Shown: positions 56,696 through 64,000 of the stretch, piece after piece | How the letters are laid out: each line of letters begins with the position of its first letter | Position numbering within the stretch: the stretch's first letter is position 1 | IMG/VR virus record: IMGVR_UViG_3300021255_002129 | Length of the DNA stretch: 64,000 nt | Source of the DNA: a virus | Lineage: Duplodnaviria; Heunggongvirae; Uroviricota; Caudoviricetes | Direction: 5' to 3' (one strand) | Notes under the pieces: generated by a model | Databases searched by the model: none | The model's input: the letters and a program-made list of their open reading frames with translations, nothing else | What the model was told of the DNA's origin: nothing | Position numbers and translations under genes: made by a program

Positions 56696-56777
56696 AAGGC
56701 ATAGCAATGGGATTGAACCATCTAAATCGGGATTTGCAGACCTAATTATTAACCAAAAACTTTGCTGTGTATGCCTT
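56696..56777 (-). ncRNA. ACAGC-stem RNA, copy 4, with T-arm and anticodon-loop remnants
   Basis: AAGGCATA-CACAGCAA...CTGCAAA...GATGG-TTCAATC-CCATT..TATGCCTT. Confidence 0.6.
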
Positions 56778-56831
56778 ATTTATTTTACATATTTATTATA
56801 TCATTATTTTTATAAAAAATCAATTAATTTT

Positions 56832-57248
56832 TTATATCCATTCGCCATCTATTCTAACTTTTCCAAGATTAGCTGGCTCTTTTGTTTTTTTAACTATTTC
56901 TATTTGAACTAAATAGTTTCTATCTTTAAAAGATATGAATTTTCCACCTGTGATAGCAAAATCTAAATTATATTTACTTAATGTTGTGGCAACCGCATCA
57001 ATAACCTCATCTTTTTTAGCATCTCTAAATGCTTTTTTACCATCACTAACAGGTAAAGATTTAATTTCTTTAAATCTAAATTCATAAATGTAATTATCTA
57101 TATATAGGAGATTAAATATTCCTTCTCCTGCTAATGAATATCTTTTTATCATTTGTCTTTTGCCAAATATTTCTTTTAAAACTTTGTCCACAAAATGATA
57201 TTCGTAACTATCAAAATTATCATATTCTTTTTTAAAAAATTCTTCCAT
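56832..57248 (-). CDS. Hypothetical protein
   Basis: Own promoter and RBS. Confidence 0.6.
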   Translation of the reverse strand: MEEFFKKEYDNFDSYEYHFVDKVLKEIFGKRQMIKRYSLAGEGIFNLLYIDNYIYEFRFKEIKSLPVSDGKKAFRDAKKDEVIDAVATTLSKYNLDFAITGGKFISFKDRNYLVQIEIVKKTKEPANLGKVRIDGEWI

Positions 57249-57437
57249 ATTTATCACTTTCCTTTTTTATTACATTATTATTATATTATATTTTTTAAAT
57301 AAAATCAATAAAAATGTATATAAAAGAGCTATGCGTATTTACACCAGATAACCTGCTCTAGAAAGAAGGAAGCATTTTATTTTTGACGCAGAGAATAAAA
57401 TGAAAAACTCTTTGAAAATAATTAAAATATCACTAAT

Positions 57438-57512
57438 TGGTACGCTCGCAGGGATTTGAACCCCGATAACACGGATATAAGCCGTGCGCCCTAACCATTA
57501 GACGACAAGCGT
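57438..57512 (-). tRNA. tRNA-Ile(TAT)
   Basis: CACGG-CTTATAT-CCGTG, A73, CCA. Confidence 0.88.
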
Positions 57513-57746
57513 ATATGGAGCGGGTTTTATTCAATGTAATCCCCGCCTAAATGTTCGGCTTCTTACTCTGCAACTCATGATTCTTACATTTCACCACCTT
57601 AGCACAACTGGTACTTACCCTTGAGGCTTGTGCAACCCAATCAACATTTACTAGATATTGAACCGATTCCATTTTGACTCACTAGGAATTTAGTTACTCT
57701 ATATATGTTAGCTAATAGTCACAAAAGCTAACCTAATATTCAAATA

Positions 57747-58305
57747 TGGTGCAGGTGGAAAGACTCGAACTTTCGACAGCTCGCGTGATTTTACAATGCT
57801 ATATGTTGACTATTTTATTCACCACCTTTTCTAGCTCATATTCTTGTGCAAAAGTTATTCCTTTGATTTGTCCATTTTTTGGAGGTTCAAATCTTAAAGT
57901 TTTTTCTCTTACACTACATTCCTTAACAGGAATTAAATAAGCTTGGTTATCATAAAAAGTCATAAAGTAATCTATCTGGGTTTCATCATAAGAATGATGA
58001 ACCATTTTCCCTTCTTTTGTAGTTTGACTTGAAGTATTAAATACTATACTGCCTTCACTAGTTCTAGAAGGTCTAGATGTTTTTACTTGTATTTTTAATA
58101 GCTTTCCATTTACATCAGCTATAAAGTCATATCTTTCACAATCTCCATATGGAGTTAATACATTATAACCTAATTTCATAAATGCTAACATACATTCTAA
58201 TTCAGTTATATTTCCTATTTGTTTTGAATTTAACATAATCTTAATAGCCAACAATGATAGTTTGTGAAATCAGACGAGTACTCTAACCAACTGAGTTACA
58301 CCTGC
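57747..58305 (-). tRNA. tRNA-Ile(GAT) interrupted by a 482-nt endonuclease-encoding insertion
   Basis: 5' half 58269-58305 and 3' half 57747-57786 join to CTCGT-CTGATAC-GCGAG. Confidence 0.85.
57799..58236 (-). CDS. PD-(D/E)XK homing endonuclease inside the tRNA-Ile gene
   Basis: KQIG..E...PYGDCERYD....KIQVKT...Y....IDYF...YLIP. Confidence 0.85.
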   Translation of the reverse strand: MLNSKQIGNITELECMLAFMKLGYNVLTPYGDCERYDFIADVNGKLLKIQVKTSRPSRTSEGSIVFNTSSQTTKEGKMVHHSYDETQIDYFMTFYDNQAYLIPVKECSVREKTLRFEPPKNGQIKGITFAQEYELEKVVNKIVNI

Positions 58306-58308
58306 ATA

Positions 58309-58731
58309 TGGTGGAGATGGCGGGGTTCGAACCCGCGTCCAAAAATCAACTACTAATTAGAAATCTCATTCTTACCTTACAAGTTTTGTGTATACCGTTC
58401 TATCTATACTCTTTACCATATACAAATCTCAAGAGCAAGTCTATGCAAATAAGTAAGTCATTAAAGGTGGCTGACATAGATAGCTGACCTATAATGGCGG
58501 TCTTTGAATCGTTAATACGACTATGCGTTTCCCTGTCCGCTACTGGTACTTAACATAGAAGTTTCTTAGTCTTACGCAAAGGCTACGCAATTGAATGCGA
58601 ATAAAGATTTAACTTTATTAGAAATTTTTGTAAATAAGTTTCCGTTTATTTTTATTTGTTACCTTTTAACTAACTGCCTAGTACTTGTATTCTAACTTTT
58701 CGCCAACTCCTGTCGAAACCTAAACATCCCC
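58309..58731 (-). ncRNA. ssrA: tmRNA; predicted tag (A)GNLFTKISNKVKSLFAFNCVAFA
   Basis: 5' GGGGATG..GGTTTCGAC, 3' GGTTCGAACCCCGCCATCTCCACCA with G3:U70; tag ORF 58572-58643 after ATAAAC. Confidence 0.92.
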
Positions 58732-59039
58732 ATAAAAATGGTTTTCAAAACCCCCTATGCGGGAATCGGTGACTACAGCTTTATATCTCGAATGAGAATT
58801 AACAAGCCGATTCCCACATAGCGAGCTTTGAAGCCCGCATAATCACATTGTAATAGGAAGGTTTGTGATATAGGTAGCCATAAGCGAGACTTTCACTCAC
58901 ATTTCCGATAAACGGCGTTCTTTTATTAAACTATTATGACATATATAAATGGCTGTTAATGGCATATAATATTTTTCAATTATCTCCTTAATAACATTTA
59001 AAATCTACTACTGCCCAAGATTACCAATAATAATCTAAA

Positions 59040-59115
59040 TGGTGGAGAGTACGAGGATCGAACTCGTGACCTCCTGATTGCAGGTCAGGTGCTCTCCCAG
59101 CTGAGCTAACTCCCC
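59040..59115 (-). tRNA. tRNA-Ala(TGC), with C33
   Basis: G3:U70; CCTGA-CCTGCAA-TCAGG. Confidence 0.92.
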
Positions 59116-59216
59116 ATAAGACACAGCATTTATACACCTGCTGCTCGGCTGGTTTTATGTTACTTTTTTAAATGGGTTAGAACATCACCACCGCAGTATC
59201 CCAATAATTAACTAAA

Positions 59217-59291
59217 TGGCTGCCGGGGTTGGATTCGAACCAACGCATCATAGAGTCAAAGTCTATTGTCTTACCGCTTGACTACCCGGCA
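59217..59291 (-). tRNA. tRNA-Gln(TTG)
   Basis: ATAGA-CTTTGAC-TCTAT. Confidence 0.95.
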
Positions 59292-59297
59292 ATATAT

Positions 59298-59465
59298 AAT
59301 ATTAGTTAGGACTCACACCTAAATCTCTACCCTCCACGGATAATGTTTTGGACATTATAGTATATATTGCAATTCAACTATAATGAACTAGCAGACTTTC
59401 ATTGCCGTAGGCTCTGTTAGATTTTGAGCTCGCCTAGGTTCTGTATCGTTTTAAACTACTAATAT
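59298..59465 (-). ncRNA. tRNA-like RNA (TGG loop) with a 104-nt D-loop
   Basis: ATATTAG/CTAATAT, GTTT/AAAC, TTATC-CGTGGAG-GGTAG, TTAGG-TGTGAGT-CCTAA. Confidence 0.65.
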
Positions 59466-59671
59466 TTTCTTAACTTTTCTATATATATTATATTATATTT
59501 TTTTATAAAAATCAAATATTTTTTAAATCGGTGTTCTGCGGGGAGGAATTAACCTCCCGCCTTACTAATATACTCCCTAGGTTTCGAGTACAGAACATAT
59601 ATAAGAAGAGGCCACTCGCGTCCCACCAGTCTGTTTCACCTGCCAAAGCCTTGTCCGCCTCTAATAATCAA

Positions 59672-59749
59672 TGGTTGCGGAGGTGGGATTTGAACCCACG
59701 GCCTTCAGGTTATGAGCCTGACGAGCTGACCAAACTGCTCCACTCCGCG
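59672..59749 (-). tRNA. tRNA-fMet(CAT)
   Basis: C1:A72 mismatch; CTCATAA loop. Confidence 0.93.
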
Positions 59750-59821
59750 ATGTATAATGCCGTGACCCCGTTTTTATAAAGGTGCTTTCTGCACACGGCT
59801 CTGACCAACCACCTTATGTAT

Positions 59822-60043
59822 TTATCTTTGAAAATCTCTAATCTCTTTTTTGGCTATTTTGTCCATATTTTTATATTTATTTATTCTGTTACCTAAACAC
59901 CACGGACATTGATTCGCAGCACCACCGCTTCTTCCGCCATGATTTCTGCAAGTCTTATCAACAGCCTTACAATATGGTTGTCCTTTTGTCCCATATTCTA
60001 CTCTATGTTCTTTTCCACTTTTAATTGCTTTATGCATAGCCAT
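59822..60043 (-). CDS. Small basic protein with CRNHG..CPWC motif
   Basis: KAIKSGKEHR...CRNHG...CPWC..NR; GGAGG RBS. Confidence 0.65.
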   Translation of the reverse strand: MAMHKAIKSGKEHRVEYGTKGQPYCKAVDKTCRNHGGRSGGAANQCPWCLGNRINKYKNMDKIAKKEIRDFQR

Positions 60044-60058
60044 AAAACTCACCTCCTA

Positions 60059-60277
60059 TTATGAGGCTTGTTTCATTCTCTCTCTATGCTTAGTCATATT
60101 TTCTTTATATGCTGCTTCTCCTGCGTCTTTTAATTCTCTACCTTTTACAGTTAAATACTTAGAAGCCATAGGATTTCTTTTTAATTTCTTATTAGTTTTT
60201 CCTTTTTTATCTAGGTTTGCTTGAGTAATTATAAAATGCCCTTCTCCGCTACCTGATTTACCTTTTCTTTTAGCCAT
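60059..60277 (-). CDS. Small basic protein
   Basis: Own promoter; MAKRK..KGKTNKKL resembles the short plus-strand ORF at 26595-26750. Confidence 0.6.
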   Translation of the reverse strand: MAKRKGKSGSGEGHFIITQANLDKKGKTNKKLKRNPMASKYLTVKGRELKDAGEAAYKENMTKHRERMKQAS

Positions 60278-60345
60278 TTCAGTTCACTCTCCTTCTTTTA
60301 TTTACATTTATATTATATTATATTTTTTAAAAATAATCAATAGCA

Positions 60346-60717
60346 TTACTTAATAGGCAACTTTTCTTCTTTTTTACAAAGACTTACTAAATAAAAATCT
60401 CTATAATCATATTTATCATATTGATATTTATCTAAACCTTCAATTAAATTCATCGCTTTTGCCATAACTTCTCCCCATTTTCTCATTGATAACATTACAT
60501 ATTCATCATTTTCAAAAACAGGTAAACACATATATTGATGAGTATCACCACATATAATATATTGATTATCTACTAATTCTTTTATTATAGCATCTTCATA
60601 AAAGTCATTATAATCTGCTTCTATATATTTATTTATATAACTACGTCCAAATCCGCAATAGTAAACTTCTTTTTGTTCATCTAATTCATTTGGATGTATC
60701 CACTTTACCACTTTCAT
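60346..60717 (-). CDS. Hypothetical protein
   Basis: GDTHQ..PVF...SMRKWG motif; RBS present. Confidence 0.65.
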   Translation of the reverse strand: MKVVKWIHPNELDEQKEVYYCGFGRSYINKYIEADYNDFYEDAIIKELVDNQYIICGDTHQYMCLPVFENDEYVMLSMRKWGEVMAKAMNLIEGLDKYQYDKYDYRDFYLVSLCKKEEKLPIK

Positions 60718-61120
60718 ATTATCACTCCCATAGAATTAAGAAAAGAGGTTTATTTTATTATCTATAAAGGTAATTTTTACTACCTCTTTAATATAATCTA
60801 ATTGCGCGGTCGTCGCTCTTCAATCCGCATGTCCAGATTGTTGTAGCCACTAGGCAGGCTACCGCAGCTCATTCTTTATTCTCATTTTTACTTCCAATAA
60901 GAGATAAAATTCCATTCTGACGGACGGTGATCCCCGTATTTTATTTACTTTTTCTATTGATTTTCCGACCATTTTTCTAATCTATATGTTATTGAGGGAA
61001 CATGTAAACTATTCAAAGTGTGAAATCACTTAACGGAGCCTCAATAAAAATTATAAATATGATAGACCTTTCTATCTTCAGAGCTTCTTTTTATCTTTAG
61101 CCTTATCTTTCATAAAACAC

Positions 61121-61175
61121 AAGAAGCGGTTCACAAATGATTATATTAGATACAGTCTTTTGCTGTCTACTTCTT
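61121..61175 (-). ncRNA. ACAGC-stem RNA, copy 5
   Basis: AAGAAGT-AGACAGCAA...GCTTCTT. Confidence 0.5.
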
Positions 61176-61287
61176 TTAAAAATAAAGACATATTAAGGAA
61201 TTAGTTTAAACATCAACGCCACGAGAAGGCTTCCTTATGTTGACATGGAGCCGGTGGTCGGACTCACGACCCGTCATCCGGCATATA

Positions 61288-61362
61288 TGGAGGGAGTAGT
61301 AGGATTCGCACCTACGATCTCAGTGTTGCAGACTGATGCCTTAACTACTTGGCTATACTCCC
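61288..61362 (-). tRNA. tRNA-Cys(GCA)
   Basis: TCAGT-CTGCAAC-ACTGA, U73. Confidence 0.93.
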
Positions 61363-61408
61363 ATAAGAAGTAAGAAGTCAAGATTAAAAAACAATATGTT
61401 TTTTATGA

Positions 61409-61813
61409 TTATAATATTTCTATATTCTTACTTTCTTTTTTTAATTCTTTTTTCTTTGTAGGGATTGTTATATATAACAAACCATTTTTTGCAGTTGCTT
61501 TAATTCCTGATAAATCTAATTCATCAGCATTTAAAGAAAATCTAGAGTCAATTGAATACTCTTTACCAGTGATTGCGTCTTTTGTTTTTCCTTTTATAGA
61601 AATAAAAGTTTTTCCATTTTCGCTTTCATTAGTAATTTTTAAATCTTTTTTATCAATACCTAGGATATTATGAGTAATAAACATTTCTTTTTCACTATAT
61701 TTAATAGTGTAAGGATGCATATCTTTTTCTTCTCTATTAAACTTATAATTTTTTTTATCCCAATCTAAAGGGAATAATGTATCTATTAAAATATCTAAAT
61801 CTTTATCAAACAT
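61409..61813 (-). CDS. Small heat-shock protein (Hsp20/alpha-crystallin-like)
   Basis: GIDKKDLKI...IKATAKNGLLYITIP...IEI. Confidence 0.8.
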   Translation of the reverse strand: MFDKDLDILIDTLFPLDWDKKNYKFNREEKDMHPYTIKYSEKEMFITHNILGIDKKDLKITNESENGKTFISIKGKTKDAITGKEYSIDSRFSLNADELDLSGIKATAKNGLLYITIPTKKKELKKESKNIEIL

Positions 61814-61891
61814 ACTAAGACCTCCTTAAATAAAACATCTTGACATTCTTACTTAATATTATTATATCAAAATTTTTATAAAAAGTCAACC

Positions 61892-62080
61892 TTACTCGCC
61901 AATAGTCTTGACACTTATTACTGAATAATTTGTCTGTAAATATTTAAGGTATGTTTCATCTTTAACAGTAGCCAAGTGTCTATAACCACAATCATCAATG
62001 TATTCTACCCACCAATATGGAGGTTTAATAACCTCTTCTTCATCATCTTCAATTTGAATATAAATCTTTTCTTTTTCCAT
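61892..62080 (-). CDS. Small hypothetical protein
   Basis: Own promoter and GGAGG RBS. Confidence 0.6.
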   Translation of the reverse strand: MEKEKIYIQIEDDEEEVIKPPYWWVEYIDDCGYRHLATVKDETYLKYLQTNYSVISVKTIGE

Positions 62081-62178
62081 AATAAAATTCCTCCTTTAAT
62101 TTACAATATAATTATACAATAATTTTTATAAAAAAGCAAATAAAAACAATAGTAAGATAAATACTATTGTTCTAAATT

Positions 62179-62484
62179 TTATAATCCAAAAGTCTCCATT
62201 AATTTCTTAACATTATCTTTTTCTTCTTGTGTAGGTTCTACTACTTTTTGTTCAATAGGTTTACTATCTTCAAAATTAATATCTGCGGAAACCTCTCCTG
62301 GAATCGCAACATCGCCATTTGGTTCTACATTAACCTTAGCACAAGTAAGAACACATTTTAATTGAATTTCTTCTCCATCTTCTTGAAAAGGAATTCTAAT
62401 TTCTTTATCATATGTAAAACTACCTGGAAATGCTTTTAATATCATTTCAGTAGCTTTAGTTTTACTTACAGCTCCTCTAGCCAT
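62179..62484 (-). CDS. Hypothetical phage protein
   Basis: MARG..K...F..SF..DKEIRIP..E.GE..QLKC.LT.AK. Confidence 0.7.
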   Translation of the reverse strand: MARGAVSKTKATEMILKAFPGSFTYDKEIRIPFQEDGEEIQLKCVLTCAKVNVEPNGDVAIPGEVSADINFEDSKPIEQKVVEPTQEEKDNVKKLMETFGL

Positions 62485-63022
62485 TGTTTATCCTCCATTC
62501 TTCAAATTGTTTCATTCTTTTTAAACATTCTTGATATTGATAAATTGTAAATCCAAGATATGGGTCACATTTCACAAGACTTGATTTCATTACACTCATA
62601 TCTGTATCATCATCTAGAATAATGATATCTGCATCTCTTTCTTTATTATCTATAATCCATTGAGCAATTTCATCTCCTCTTTTCGCTCCACTTATATTAG
62701 GCGTGTATCCAAGAATAGAAATTTTCATACTTAAACCACTATTATATAATATTCTTCTATAATTACAATGAGTTCTCCATGTTGAAGTAATAACTATATC
62801 GAAAGGATAATTCTTATATAACTCATTTAATCATTGAATAGCTTGCTCATTATTTACAAAACCATCGGCAGAATTCGCATATCTAAATTTATATTTATTA
62901 TCTCGTTCATAAAAACGATAATATATAGTATTTACAACTCCATCAAAATCTAAAAATATAATAGGGAAATTCTTATGTCTTTTTCCATAATCAAAAATAC
63001 TAGGTAAAATTTCCATATCCAT
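62477..63022 (-). CDS. HAD phosphatase of the RNA-repair (Swiss-Army-Knife) type (code 4)
   Basis: FLDFDGV, ITSTWR, RGDEI..W, IILDDD; two track ORFs joined by TGA at 62831. Confidence 0.8.
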
Positions 63023-63049
63023 TTCCCCTTTCATTATATATTTATTATA

Positions 63050-63856
63050 TTATATATTTTTATTTTTATCAATTTTTACAACTAATTCACTTTGTTCAAG
63101 AGAGTTAGAAAGCTCTTCTATCACTTCACAACGGCGGCAATGCCCTCCTTTAAAGCAGTTTTTGCCACATTTAATACGCATTTCCGCAAATCTTGGAATT
63201 ATATATTTATTATCTATCTCTGAATTAAAATCTAATATAATTTCATTTAATTTACCAAACCACTGTTTCTTTATTTTATAAATATTATAATATATATCAA
63301 TTTGTTTATCAACATTATAAAATTCTATCGTATCAATATATTTTTCATATTCATCTATATCTTCTGGTCTAATAAAAAATTTTTTTAATGCGGGAGTATC
63401 ATCCCATTTAGATTGAGCTATATTTGGATACACTCTGATCGCAGCATTGTATGAATGAACTAATTCAGAAATTTTATCTAATTCAAAACACAAATTTTCT
63501 ACAATATATACATCAGTTGCTCCTAATTTAAGTAGAGCATTTAAAGTATCAACATCACTGATTTGTGTATCAAAAAAGAAACGAATTTTTGGCTCATTCT
63601 GCTTATCCGCAAAAATCTTATCATATAATTGATAATTTAATTTAATATATACATTAGAATATTTATTACATAATTCTTCTAAAAAATTTTGTTTAATTTC
63701 TTCTTCAAAATATATATTAATTCTTTTATCTTTATGTAAATCTAAAAACTCTAATAAAGTAGCATCTTTACTATTGTATTTGATAGTTCATTCATTCGCA
63801 TCTTGTATATGATTAGCGTGTTCAGTATCTCTATTATAATTTAAACAATACTTCAT
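63050..63856 (-). CDS. Hypothetical protein, possibly U32-peptidase-like (268 aa, code 4)
   Basis: ATG at 63856, one in-frame TGA; FFIRPED and C-terminal C..C....C..C. Confidence 0.6.
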
Positions 63857-63912
63857 TATATCCTCCTTTCCTTAATAGGAAAAAGGGGTGGTATGTTGCC
63901 ACCCTATTATTA

Positions 63913-64000
63913 TTATTCAGCAAGTTTATATGCTTTTACAGTTCTATTATCATCAGTTTTAACATCTGTCTTTTCAGCTTCACCATTTTTAACAAGTTGT
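63913..64000 (-). CDS. C-terminus of a gene cut by the window edge, resembling paralog family A
   Basis: QLVKNGEAEKTDVKTDDNRTVKAYKLAE-TAA followed by a hairpin. Confidence 0.45.
   Translation of the reverse strand, partial: QLVKNGEAEKTDVKTDDNRTVKAYKLAE

Noticed and set aside
58876..58965. Sixth ACAGC-stem RNA (GCCATTAACAGCCA)
   Set aside because: The partner strand is short and competes with the mini-tRNA acceptor stem, so it is too ambiguous to count
49168..59779. Track ORFs 49168-49605, 51576-51809, 55711-55971, 57746-57940 and 59531-59779
   Set aside because: They overlap tRNA or ncRNA genes and are probably spurious as called; a short real ORF may exist at 49168-49320

Overview
AT-rich segment of a large tailed dsDNA phage that reads TGA as Trp (genetic code 4). 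Many ORFs split in the supplied track fuse in frame across TGA codons. 1-22 kb (minus strand): morphogenesis block with terminase, portal, protease/scaffold, capsid, neck, tail tube and a tape measure of >1800 aa. 22-31.5 kb (plus strand): small genes behind about 20 near-consensus sigma70-type promoters. These converge at 31.5-34 kb on a repeat-rich, origin-like region. 34-64 kb (mostly minus strand): accessory genes (Thg1-like, DUF2828/TROVE-like, metallophosphoesterase, HAD phosphatase, homing endonucleases), 23 tRNA genes and a tmRNA. The most striking content is non-canonical tRNA-like RNAs: a tRNA-Trp body with two complete anticodon arms (UCA and CCA), two tRNA folds with >100-nt D-loop insertions, a circularly permuted tRNA inside a five-member ACAGC-stem RNA family (Y-RNA-like, near the DUF2828 gene), anticodon-reduced mini-tRNAs, and a tRNA-Ile split by an endonuclease gene. 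All calls come from reading the sequence by eye. No database searches were run.
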